NCBI GenBank assembly: GCA_030606285.1
Contig: JAUWGS010000001.1
Coordinates: 246,572 to 310,571, forward strand
DNA: 64,000 nt
Source of the DNA: Planctomycetales bacterium
GTDB lineage: Bacteria > 4484-113
Direction of reading: 5' to 3'
Shown: in pieces, positions 28,946 to 38,138 of the stretch
Layout: each line of letters begins with the position of its first letter
Numbering within the stretch: position 1 is the stretch's first letter
Made by a program: the position numbers and the translations under genes
Notes under the pieces: model-generated
The model's input: only the letters and a program-made list of their open reading frames with translations
What the model was told of the DNA's origin: nothing
Databases searched by the model: none

Positions 28946-30082
28946 GTGGCACATGCTTATACGCCCGGGCTGCGGGTTGCCCGCCGCACGCACCTTTCAC
29001 GCGAACGCACGCTTCCACTTAAAGGTGATGTTCTCGTCGAAGAAGGCGATACTGTCCGCTCCGAAGACGTCGTCGCCAAGACATTGCTCCCCGGCCCGGT
29101 CACCATCTTGAACGTGGTCAACCAGCTCGGCATCGAGCCCGACGAGATTCACGACTATATGCTGGTAAAGGAAGGCGACTCGTTTACCAAGGGCGCCCCC
29201 TTGGCTCAAAACAAGCCACTTTTCGGCCTCTCCTTCCTCAAGACCATCGTCAAAGCGCCCACTGACGGCATTGTTGAGAGCATATCCACCATCACCGGCC
29301 AGGTCGTCCTCCGCGAGCCGCCGCAGCCGGTGCAGGTTTTCGCCTACTTCGACGGCCGTATCACGCGCGTTCTGCCCGGCGACGGCGTGCAGATGGAGAC
29401 TGTGGGCACATTCGTACAGGGCATCTTCGGCATCGGCGGCGAGACCTGGGGCGAACTCAGCCGTGCCGTAGAAAGCGCCGACGAAACGCTTACCGCCGAC
29501 AAGCTCAAGCCCGAACAGAAGGGCAAGATCCTCGTCGGCGGCTGCCACTTCACTCGTGAAGCATTCGCCAAGGCATGCGAAATTGGCGTCGCCGGCGCAA
29601 TCGTCGGCGGCTTCCACGACCAGGACGTGCGAGACATTCTAGGCTACGATCTCGGTGTTGCCATTACCGGCCATGAAGAACTGGGCCTTACGCTCGTAAT
29701 GACCGAAGGCTTCGGCGAGATCCCGATGGCGCCCAAGACCTTCGCCCTGTTAAAAGAACGTGCAGGCGCGCGTGCCGCGCTCTCAGGCGCGACGCAGATT
29801 CGCGCAGGCGTAATCCGCCCCGAAATAATCATCCCCTACGCCCAGGAGCACTGGGCCGACGCCGCAGACGACGTGCGCGAGTCCGCGCAGGCGGTGCGCG
29901 AGGGCGACCAGATCCGTGTCATCCGCGAGCCCTACTTCGGCTGGCTGGGCACGGTCAAGGAGCTAACACCGGCGCTGGAGCGCGTCGAGTGCGAGACCAA
30001 AGTCCGCGTCCTGGAAGTCGCATTCGAAGACGGCTCCACCGCCACAGTCCCCCGCGCCAATATCGAGCGAATTGAGGATTAG
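28946..30082 (+). CDS. conserved hypothetical protein (barrel-sandwich-hybrid-like repeats, C-terminal KOW-like motif)
   Basis: MAHAYTPGL, VEEGDTV, VKEGDSF, APTDGIV, VQGIFGIGGE, TEGFG, IRAGVIRPE, GDQIRVIREPYFG. Confidence 0.85.
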   Translation: MAHAYTPGLRVARRTHLSRERTLPLKGDVLVEEGDTVRSEDVVAKTLLPGPVTILNVVNQLGIEPDEIHDYMLVKEGDSFTKGAPLAQNKPLFGLSFLKTIVKAPTDGIVESISTITGQVVLREPPQPVQVFAYFDGRITRVLPGDGVQMETVGTFVQGIFGIGGETWGELSRAVESADETLTADKLKPEQKGKILVGGCHFTREAFAKACEIGVAGAIVGGFHDQDVRDILGYDLGVAITGHEELGLTLVMTEGFGEIPMAPKTFALLKERAGARAALSGATQIRAGVIRPEIIIPYAQEHWADAADDVRESAQAVREGDQIRVIREPYFGWLGTVKELTPALERVECETKVRVLEVAFEDGSTATVPRANIERIED

Positions 30083-30087
30083 AGAGC

Positions 30088-31401
30088 ATGAAAAACGATC
30101 TCCATGAAGCAGTCGTTGTACATGAGAGCGTAGCTCCACCGTTCCCGCTCACAACGGAAGTGCCGCTTCAGATGGTAGGGCAACCTGCGCATCTGCGTGA
30201 GTATGACCTTGTCTGGGTCTATCCGGCTCTTCCCGCTTATGAATATACGTATGAAACGACTAGGATGGTGAAAGCTCGCTTGAGAAGCTGGACATCAGCG
30301 ATATTAGATTATCTTCAAGCCGAGGGAAAACCACTAGTTCTAATTCTTTCAAGGCACCAGACAATAAGAAGGCACAGTGACTCAGGAGCGTGGGGAGCAA
30401 GATCCGACACCTGCACGATTGGCACCCTGGATGTCTACGGTGCTTTGCTTCCGGGAGCTAAACGTTCATCCTATCAAGGTGAACGGTGTACCGCAACGCC
30501 AAATTGCTCACCGGTACTTAGCAGTTTATTTAACAAATTCTCATGGAACTGGTCCGTGTATTTCGACACCGGTGACTTACAAGGGAGAGGTGATGTGGTT
30601 CCTCTTGCCACGGCATTCGGAGACGATGACAAAACTGTAGCCTACATGATGACACGTGAGAAGTCGAGCCTCCTGGCACTTCCGCCTATTTCCAGTGAGA
30701 TATGGAAGCAGCACAAGCCTGAGCTTATCGAAGCTGTTCGTGAGCAGCTGGCGCAGGACTCGCGGGTGCCCATCCCCGAATGGTTGTCAAGTGTAATGTC
30801 GCAGGATCTTCGCGAAGCAAGCGATGCATTGCGGCAAGGCAAAGACGAGCTAGAGGATATTCGTGGGAGGGTCGAGCAAGCTGAGCAGCGAATGCACAGT
30901 GTCAACCTCAGATTTGCTCGGGCGCTTCACTGCAACGGCAAAGAGCTGGTCAAAGGTGTTGCTGAATTTCTGAGAGAACTTGGCTTTAGGGTGGAAGTCG
31001 TCGGTGGGAAAAAGGAAGACCTGCGCCTTTTCTTGGAGGACAACTTCTTGGCTGCAGCCGAAGTTAAGGGCTGCATAAGGTCCTGCCATCTAGATGCAAT
31101 CGGACAACTGCTGAGTCATACGACTCCGCTTCTGGAGGAGTTCCCTCGGCTGAAGAGGATTGTTATCTGCAACGCATATCGTGAGCTTCCTCCTTCGAAG
31201 CGTGACCGGCCATTCGAACCTACGATCATTGATATCGCCATGAAAAACGAGGTCTGCTTACTAACCAGCTGCCAACTCCTCCAAATGGTTGAGGAAGTGA
31301 AGAGAGCACAGAACGATGCAGAGTACTTCCGGAATCTAATACTCTCTACAGTCGGTGAAGTTGAGTGGCCCCGCGAAGAAAACGAGGACGTTATAGACTG
31401 A
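30088..31401 (+). CDS. hypothetical protein with coiled coil and C-terminal PD-(D/E)XK (REase-like) domain
   Basis: LRELGFRV..EDL......AAEVKG....GQL...IVICNAYR; AT-richer codon use. Confidence 0.7.
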   Translation: MKNDLHEAVVVHESVAPPFPLTTEVPLQMVGQPAHLREYDLVWVYPALPAYEYTYETTRMVKARLRSWTSAILDYLQAEGKPLVLILSRHQTIRRHSDSGAWGARSDTCTIGTLDVYGALLPGAKRSSYQGERCTATPNCSPVLSSLFNKFSWNWSVYFDTGDLQGRGDVVPLATAFGDDDKTVAYMMTREKSSLLALPPISSEIWKQHKPELIEAVREQLAQDSRVPIPEWLSSVMSQDLREASDALRQGKDELEDIRGRVEQAEQRMHSVNLRFARALHCNGKELVKGVAEFLRELGFRVEVVGGKKEDLRLFLEDNFLAAAEVKGCIRSCHLDAIGQLLSHTTPLLEEFPRLKRIVICNAYRELPPSKRDRPFEPTIIDIAMKNEVCLLTSCQLLQMVEEVKRAQNDAEYFRNLILSTVGEVEWPREENEDVID

Positions 31402-31456
31402 GTGCCTTCCGCGCACACGACGCTGTGTGATACACTCATTCGGAGGAGGGAAACCG

Positions 31457-31729
31457 ATGAGTGTTAGTTTCGAGAGCGTCTGGGCTTCAATCTGCGCAAA
31501 TGAAGGGCAGATATTCTACACAAAAACGGGATTAGATTTTAGCTACAGAATCAAGGACAACACCTTCTATCCAAGCAGAACTAAATACGCTATAGGAAAA
31601 GGCGACTTCGAAAAAGCCTATCGCATGGTTCCAATCAAGGGGCCCGGTGTCATAAACGAAATAGTCAGAGGCCCAGCCTACATCTGGGCAGTCCTCCACG
31701 ATTCAAGAATATCTAAAGGTGAGTGGTGA
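31457..31729 (+). CDS. small hypothetical protein (90 aa)
   Basis: GGAGGAGG RBS, TGATACACT -10; W..I..EG..F.T.TG..F.Y..RGP.YIWA.LHD.RI. Confidence 0.75.
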   Translation: MSVSFESVWASICANEGQIFYTKTGLDFSYRIKDNTFYPSRTKYAIGKGDFEKAYRMVPIKGPGVINEIVRGPAYIWAVLHDSRISKGEW

Positions 31730-31735
31730 TTACTA

Positions 31736-32227
31736 ATGCGTTACAGAGTCTTTCTTAGTCACTGCAGTAAGGATATACATTTGGTGGAAGCCCTTCCTGC
31801 CTACGCCAAATCCCACAACATCGATATATACCTATACGAACATGACCCTCAGCTTGGCATGATGATTGCCGACAAGATACAGCGTAGAATCGAGCAATCG
31901 GACGCGTTCGTGGTGATTTTAACAAAGAGTAGTGAAGACTCAGTATACGTGCAACAGGAAATTGGCGCCGCACTCAACGCGAAAAAGCCGGTTGTCCCGC
32001 TCGTTGGCGTAGGATTCGATACATCCAAGCTCGGCATGTTAGAGGGAACGAAGTACATACCGTTCGCGGAGGATGATCCCGAATCAGCTCTGTCAAAGCT
32101 CGTGCGATATCTAGCTAATCTTAAAAAAGGTAAGGAAAGGGGGCTAATGAACGCGCTTCTATTCGTTGCTGGAACGCTGCTACTTGGAGCTATGTTTGGC
32201 GGCGACCAAGATAACGATATCGCATAG
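31736..32227 (+). CDS. TIR-domain protein with C-terminal TM helix
   Basis: VFLSHCSKD, SDAFVVILT, SVYVQQEIGAA (catalytic Glu position), VVPL. Confidence 0.88.
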   Translation: MRYRVFLSHCSKDIHLVEALPAYAKSHNIDIYLYEHDPQLGMMIADKIQRRIEQSDAFVVILTKSSEDSVYVQQEIGAALNAKKPVVPLVGVGFDTSKLGMLEGTKYIPFAEDDPESALSKLVRYLANLKKGKERGLMNALLFVAGTLLLGAMFGGDQDNDIA

Positions 32228-32248
32228 CAGATTAGACCGCCTCTTCAT

Positions 32249-32926
32249 TTATGCGCCGTTATCCCCTGGTGGCACCACCGTCTCCTCTGGCTTGGGCTTC
32301 CATCCATCGTCAAATCCCCAACTAAGCCAGCTCTTGTAATCGTCCATAAGGACGTTAGCGACGCGTATCAATCGCTGAGCAAGGTCCGGAGGAAACTTCT
32401 CACGGGCGGCGACGTTGCACAGTTTCAGTACATTACTTGTGAGCACAGCTTGTTCTTTTGTCATCGCGCCGACAGAAAGTAGGTTCGATAAAAGCTCTAT
32501 CTGTGATGCTCAGGGTCTCAACTTAAGCCCGGACCATTTGGCTAGGTTTCTCAGCCCAATCTCGATCTCGCCCCGCAAACCAGACAAGGCCATCTCCGGT
32601 AAGTCCTTTGCTGCAACCGCATAATGATTAGTCTCGAGTCCACTAGGAGACTGCTCAAAGTTGAGCGCCTGCAGGCGCTTATTCCATTGATTGGCTAGAT
32701 AGCTCACACTTCTACGAGACGACGGAGATGGCTGGGGCGTGGGCGAATGCGCCTTAATCATCTTCTCAGACTCTCGAAGTGTCGGCTCAAACTCAATATC
32801 TGCACCTGGCAAGCGTGCCCTCAGCAATCGTTGAAGCAGCATTCCGATCTCTCTTCGGAACAGAAAGAGAAAAAGCACTGCTACCAGCGGCCAATAAGCA
32901 CCAGTAACTAGAGGAATCAACTCCAT
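32249..32926 (-). pseudogene. single gene interrupted by an in-frame TGA (N-terminal TM, helical C-terminal domain)
   Basis: ORFs 32510-32926 and 32249-32464 are in the same frame, joined by 15 sense codons after the TGA at 32510-32512. Confidence 0.7.
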
Positions 32927-33021
32927 AACTCACCCCCGATATCCGCTCGTGATACCGCTGCTCAGGCTTGCGGCCCCTGTGTAAGTATAAGATGTATAAG
33001 CTGTTAAGACAATCGCCGCCC

Positions 33022-34125
33022 CTACCCCCGGCCAGCCGGCAGGTGGCGTTCCAAGCTTGCGAGAATGCCGCAAAGCGCCCACATGGTCACCATCGAGCTT
33101 CCGCCGTAGCTCAAAAACGGCAGCGGCAGGCCTGTAACCGGCATCAGCCCAATCGTCATCCCCACGTTGATGAACAGCTGGAAGAACATCACCGCCAGCA
33201 CGCCATACACGATAAGCCTCTGGTAATCCCCCGGCACGCGCTGCGCCAACCGCAGCATCTTCCAGAAAAACGCGCCGAATGCAAAAAGCACCGCAAGCGA
33301 CCCAATTAGCCCCCATTCCTCGCCCACCGTGGCGAAGATGAAGTCCGCCGCCTGCTCCGGCACGAACTGCCCCTGCGTCTGCGTGCCCTGCAAAACTCCC
33401 TTGCCCCACACGCCGCCGGAGCCCACCGCTATCTTGCTCTGATGCACCTGGTAGCCGCTCTCCAGGATGTCGCGACCGGGCTGCAAATACGTCACGATGC
33501 GCGCCTTCTGGTAGTCGTTGAGCACAAACCATCCCGGCACTGCGACCACAACGAGCGCTGCGAAGATGCCCACGAGGTATCGCCAGGGAAACGGCTTGAC
33601 CCACAGCACCGTGAGCAGCAGGAACATAAACACCATCGCCGTGCCGAGGTCGGGCTGCAACACGATTGGCACCATGAGGGCGAGCAGCACGCCCACCGCC
33701 GCAAAGAACCTGCGCGCCTCCTCGCTGTGGAAATACTCCGTGAGGAAGTACGCGAGCAGCAGCACGGCGAAAAACTTCGCAAACTCCGACGGCTGCACCG
33801 TTATCTCCCAGATTTTCAGCCAGCGGCGTGAGCCGTGCGCCGCCCAGCCCACGAAAAGCGTGAGCAGCAGCAGCGCTTCAATGGGAAAAAGCAGCAAGTA
33901 GAAGTTCGCCGGGCGCACGCCGAAGTGCACACGCGAAATCAGCATGTAACCGACAATACCGGCAGCAATCCACAGCGTCTGCATCCACACCGTGCGCGAG
34001 GGCACCAAGCCGCCGGTGTAGGTCGTGGAGTACAGGCAGATCAGCCCAAGCAGGCTGAAGACCAGCGGGAACACGAAGTGCCACGCGCCGAGCGTCTGTC
34101 GAACCTCGTCCCGCCGCTTCTGCAT
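33022..34125 (-). CDS. rodA: rod shape-determining protein RodA (SEDS family)
   Basis: GSRRW, QPSEFAK, QPDLGT, YQKARI, GYQVHQSKIAVGSGG, DFIF, PVTGLPLPFLSYGGSS. Confidence 0.93.
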   Translation of the reverse strand: MQKRRDEVRQTLGAWHFVFPLVFSLLGLICLYSTTYTGGLVPSRTVWMQTLWIAAGIVGYMLISRVHFGVRPANFYLLLFPIEALLLLTLFVGWAAHGSRRWLKIWEITVQPSEFAKFFAVLLLAYFLTEYFHSEEARRFFAAVGVLLALMVPIVLQPDLGTAMVFMFLLLTVLWVKPFPWRYLVGIFAALVVVAVPGWFVLNDYQKARIVTYLQPGRDILESGYQVHQSKIAVGSGGVWGKGVLQGTQTQGQFVPEQAADFIFATVGEEWGLIGSLAVLFAFGAFFWKMLRLAQRVPGDYQRLIVYGVLAVMFFQLFINVGMTIGLMPVTGLPLPFLSYGGSSMVTMWALCGILASLERHLPAGRG

Positions 34126-34192
34126 GCGCAAGATGATACCAGATGCATGCGGGAACTCTCGCGTGTTGCGCTGTATACTATCGTATTAAAGT

Positions 34193-34218
34193 AAGCGCCC
34201 CGGATAGCCGGGGCGCTT
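34193..34218 (-). terminator. rho-independent terminator (possibly bidirectional)
   Basis: AAGCGCCCCGG-ATAG-CCGGGGCGCTT hairpin with T-rich flanks downstream of the large lipoprotein gene. Confidence 0.7.
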
Positions 34219-34255
34219 TGTTGCGCAAGTTTCTCAAATCAAAACGGTCTTATAG

Positions 34256-37200
34256 CTACCCCCCAATCGTCGCAACGCCATCGGTCACCGTAATCGTCGT
34301 CGGCAGCCACCAGGAAGCGCCGCTGCTGAATAGGTCGGCGCCGGAGTTGTGCTGCGAAACCGAGCCGCTGAAATACTGCGTCTGCTCGTATTCCGTGCCC
34401 GGATTGACAATCACGCGAAGCTGGCAACCCACCACGCGCGGAGGTATCGGCGGGTCGGCGTCCGGGTCAGCTTGGTCATCAGTGTAGTAGTTCACGCCGA
34501 TTTCATACGTACCTTCCTCAAACAGGCTGGTTTCCGCATCGGGCGTGCACGTGAAGTTCTCCGGTCCGTAACCTTCCATGTTATCCACGTCCAGGTTGCC
34601 CGAGTTGATACCCTTATGTCCGTAGTAGCTCACGTCGCCGCTTGGGTCGCGAGCGTAGAGGTCAATATCGCTGCCGCCACCCATGTTCCACGTTAGCGTC
34701 ACCCGGAAGATTAGCTCGCGCGTAAACTCCACCTCCATCGGCGCGCTGTAGGTCGTTCCCAGCGCATTGGTCGCCTTTATCTGCATCACGTTCAAGCCCG
34801 GCACCAGCGCGACCTTCTTGTCGAAGTTGCCGCTGACATCAACCGAGAATATCTCCTCACTGCCGTTGTGCATCACGAGGATTTCCGGCCCGTCGAGGTT
34901 CAGCACCTGACCTGCGATGTGGTAGATGCCGTTGGTCTCGTCGGTCTCATTGTCAAACTGGCTCATCGTGATGGAGATATCGGGAACCTCCAGCACGTCG
35001 CCGGTGTAAGCTGGCAAAACGACGTTTACCGTTACCGGCACCAGCGCAATGACCGTCACTTTATTCGTCGTTGAAAGGCCACGTGCCGAGAACGTTACTA
35101 CCTTCCAGCCCGTCGGGACGTTGGAAAGGACGTAGTAGCCACCTGGATTTGTGATGTCCGTAATGACACCTTCGTCTCCCTCCACCTGCACGTTCACGTT
35201 GGCGATTGGCTCGTCGTTGGTGTCACGCACCTGGCCGATTATTGCACCGTGGAACTCAAACGGATTGAAGATGAAGTCTATGTCGGTTGTATCGCCCGCA
35301 TCTATCTGCACGTCATTCAGATTCGTCGTGTCGCCGTTTTCGCTCACCAGCCAGAAGTCCCAGAGGCCGGGTGGCAGGTCGAGGTTGTCCAGGTTCAGGT
35401 CGAAGTCCAGCAAGTCCCAGGTAATCCACACGTCGCGGTCGGGATCGCCCGTATCGTTCATACCGATAACGATGCGCTCCGTACCCTCAGCATTGTTGTC
35501 CGGATTGTTGTCGTGCAGGTTCCCGACGTGCTCCTGGATGATGTCCGTCGGGCTGTCGGTGCCAAAAAATAGCTCCAGCCAGTCACCGGCGCAATCGGGC
35601 AATTTCTCCTTAATGGCATCGTCTATGTACCCCTTCACGTTGTCGGTAATCTCGTTCTTGATGCCCTGCACCGGGTCTTCATAAATCTCCTCGGCGCGCT
35701 CGACGAACTTGATGCCCTTCTCAGCCATGTCCATCCCTTCGCCGATACCGGGTATGGCGGTCTTCACCACCTCCTGGTAAAACTCCGCGCCCTTCTCCAG
35801 GGCTTCGGCACCTTCACGATGTGTGATGTCAATCGGCCGGAAGTTTTGGTCCGTCGCACGGTCGGCAAACCGGCTCTGAACCTCGTACTCCCCCATCCCC
35901 GAAGCATGGATCATATCGTTGTATATCGTGCTGCCCGCGGTGTCGAAGTCGCCGGTGTAGAGCTTGTCCCGGAACTCCGCTGCGCTGTAAGGAGTTCCAT
36001 CCGTCTGTCGCGGGAGCCGCGATACCGGAAGCACGTAGTCGTAGAACTGCTCCCAGTCCGAAGCCGAGTAATCCTGCGTGAGCTGCTGAATTTTCTCGCG
36101 CTGCCGCCCGCCGCTTCCGCCGAGGAAGCTGAAGAACCCCCACAGTTTGTTGAGCATGCTCCCCGCGCCGGACGTCTCTTTCAGGCTTGACGGCACGTGG
36201 GTGGGGAACAGCATCTCCGCTGCGACCTTCGTCGCTTCCTCCATCCCCAGCAGCTTATTCTGCAAAAACTCCAGTTCCAGCATCTCCTCGTAGCTAAGGT
36301 CGGTATCGCGGCTGAGAAGCTCGTCCGTGAACCCGTTACTCAACATCTCCATGTTGGTAAGCTGGTAGAGCGTGTTTACTGTGGAGAAGTAGGCGATTGT
36401 CTGCGCCGCCTCGAACGTGTTATCCGGAATCGGTGCAACTTCGCGCACGTCGCCGTCAATGTAGCTGAAGTTGATGCCACGGCTGTCGATGCCTTCTTCA
36501 CCCTGATCGTCAACCGAAACCACCGAGTATTCGGCACCAGCGATGCTGTCCTGGATGCTGTAGGTGGGATATATGCCGGGGCCGTTGTTCATTTCCCGGC
36601 GCATCAACGTTTCGTTGAGCTTCAGTCTTTCGCCAACACCAGTCAGGCGGTAGACGTTGTAGCCTGTGAGCACGTTGCCGTAATTGATGGCCAGGGGCGT
36701 GATATCAGCGATACCCACCGTGCCGCTGCCGTCGCCGTCCACGGGGCGCTCGTAATCGTCCTCGGTGCCGTCAGTCGTATCTTTGCCATAGTAGACCGCG
36801 ACAGGTGTTATGTCGGCGATACTCACGGTGCCGCTCAGATCGTAGTCGCCCGCATTGCGCTCTTCCCAGACAACCTCTATGACTCCACCGCCTATGTCGG
36901 TTACAGTCACAGGGACGATGCTGCGGGAAGTGCGCGGCGCGCGGCATGTCTCCTTGTCGACTGCTCGCACGAACGGCGTTGGCGAGAAGGTCACTGTGAA
37001 CAACTCGCCGCTGCCGCTGATTCCACCAGATTCCTGCGGTCGGATGCGGGCAAATCCGAGCACGACCTCGCCGGGCTCTTCGCTGATGGAAAATGCGATC
37101 GTGTCGTCCTGCGGCAGAAGCTCGCCGCGCTCCATATCGAGCGGTGTCATCTCGCTGGCGGGATAGCGCAGCAAGAAGTACGCGTGCTCGCAATCCGTAA

Positions 37201-37423
37201 GATCGCGGGCAATGACTCGTGCCGTCATCCCGTCAACGACAAGCTCGAACCGTCCGTCGTCGGGTACAGGTGTAAGCCCGTCCTCGCCCAGCGTCACCAG
37301 TTTGAGCGACTCCACATCAGCCGGTGCCGCAAGCTGCGGTGTCACCGAGCGCGAGCTTCCCCCACAAGCTGACAGCGCAAGCGCTGCTGTCAGCAGCAAT
37401 AGCAGAAAAACACAGCGTTTCAT
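34256..37423 (-). CDS. large modular surface lipoprotein (cohesin-like, dockerin-like EF-hand pair, carboxypeptidase-regulatory-like Ig, C-terminal YfaP/DUF2135-like)
   Basis: Lipobox LSAC; GDYDLSGTVSIADITP / DGDGSGTVGIADITP; IIGQVRD...PIANVNV; RVTLTW..DIDL..DPSG..LDVDN.EGYGPENF. Confidence 0.8.
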   Translation of the reverse strand: MKRCVFLLLLLTAALALSACGGSSRSVTPQLAAPADVESLKLVTLGEDGLTPVPDDGRFELVVDGMTARVIARDLTDCEHAYFLLRYPASEMTPLDMERGELLPQDDTIAFSISEEPGEVVLGFARIRPQESGGISGSGELFTVTFSPTPFVRAVDKETCRAPRTSRSIVPVTVTDIGGGVIEVVWEERNAGDYDLSGTVSIADITPVAVYYGKDTTDGTEDDYERPVDGDGSGTVGIADITPLAINYGNVLTGYNVYRLTGVGERLKLNETLMRREMNNGPGIYPTYSIQDSIAGAEYSVVSVDDQGEEGIDSRGINFSYIDGDVREVAPIPDNTFEAAQTIAYFSTVNTLYQLTNMEMLSNGFTDELLSRDTDLSYEEMLELEFLQNKLLGMEEATKVAAEMLFPTHVPSSLKETSGAGSMLNKLWGFFSFLGGSGGRQREKIQQLTQDYSASDWEQFYDYVLPVSRLPRQTDGTPYSAAEFRDKLYTGDFDTAGSTIYNDMIHASGMGEYEVQSRFADRATDQNFRPIDITHREGAEALEKGAEFYQEVVKTAIPGIGEGMDMAEKGIKFVERAEEIYEDPVQGIKNEITDNVKGYIDDAIKEKLPDCAGDWLELFFGTDSPTDIIQEHVGNLHDNNPDNNAEGTERIVIGMNDTGDPDRDVWITWDLLDFDLNLDNLDLPPGLWDFWLVSENGDTTNLNDVQIDAGDTTDIDFIFNPFEFHGAIIGQVRDTNDEPIANVNVQVEGDEGVITDITNPGGYYVLSNVPTGWKVVTFSARGLSTTNKVTVIALVPVTVNVVLPAYTGDVLEVPDISITMSQFDNETDETNGIYHIAGQVLNLDGPEILVMHNGSEEIFSVDVSGNFDKKVALVPGLNVMQIKATNALGTTYSAPMEVEFTRELIFRVTLTWNMGGGSDIDLYARDPSGDVSYYGHKGINSGNLDVDNMEGYGPENFTCTPDAETSLFEEGTYEIGVNYYTDDQADPDADPPIPPRVVGCQLRVIVNPGTEYEQTQYFSGSVSQHNSGADLFSSGASWWLPTTITVTDGVATIGG

Positions 37424-37519
37424 GCCAAACACCTCCACACTGGAGTATCTGTATTGTATCTTATAGACAAGTTATACTCAAACCGCTGGGCCCGGTGCAG
37501 CGGGAGCATCGCCGGAGCG

Positions 37520-38026
37520 CTATAGCAGTTCGCCTTCTTGCACGATTGCCCGTATGCTCTCAATGACCTCATCTACAGCCGCTGTGACATCAGGATGCAT
37601 GTTTTCTGAAACGGTTAGATTGTCCGCAATCTCAACAGTGAATATGCGTATGCCCCGGTCGTCGGGCATATCAAGGCCGATAGTGCGGCCGAACTCCACT
37701 GCTGACTTGAAGCCGATGCCATGGCTTGTGAGCAGTCTTGACGTTGATTCCAGATCATCCATGCCGATCTCGCGGACAGTTCCAACAGCGTACTCACCGG
37801 TCATGATGGAATCAACGACTATCACTCCGTCAAAGCCCGCAAGCTTTTCTGTGAACTCGAAGCCGGCCTCTGTAGCGACATCCATAACGATCTCAACACC
37901 TTCAGGAGTGCGGGGAGGATTCTTCTGCAGCTCTTCAATCACAACCAGGCCTACCCGGTCGTCCGAGAGCACCGGGTTGCCCACGCCGAGTATCATTAAC
38001 CTTCTCATTGAATCCTTTTTGGCCAT
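37520..38026 (-). CDS. hydrogenase maturation protease
   Basis: ILGVGNPVLSDDRVG, VVDSI, TSHG. Confidence 0.92.
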   Translation of the reverse strand: MAKKDSMRRLMILGVGNPVLSDDRVGLVVIEELQKNPPRTPEGVEIVMDVATEAGFEFTEKLAGFDGVIVVDSIMTGEYAVGTVREIGMDDLESTSRLLTSHGIGFKSAVEFGRTIGLDMPDDRGIRIFTVEIADNLTVSENMHPDVTAAVDEVIESIRAIVQEGELL

Positions 38027-38070
38027 CCTTCCCGTCTAGAATACCACGCTCAATCCTGCCGTCCACGTAT

Positions 38071-38102
38071 AAGAAAGAGGGAGAGACTTACCCTCCCTCT
38101 TC
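38071..38102 (-). terminator. rho-independent terminator after mvhA
   Basis: Minus-strand AAGAGGGAG...CTCCCTCTT stem followed by TCTT. Confidence 0.6.
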
Positions 38103-38138
38103 GATCATCGTTCAAACAAAAGCCGGTGGTGCGCTACT

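Noticed and set aside
30083-33021. Integron cassette array or att-bounded element
   Set aside because: No attC-like sites, flanking direct repeats or integrase could be seen by eye.
36197-37372. Long antisense ORFs (e.g. 36197-37372, 20630-21664, 62254-63174)
   Set aside because: They shadow well-supported genes on the opposite strand, as expected in GC-rich DNA, and show no motifs.
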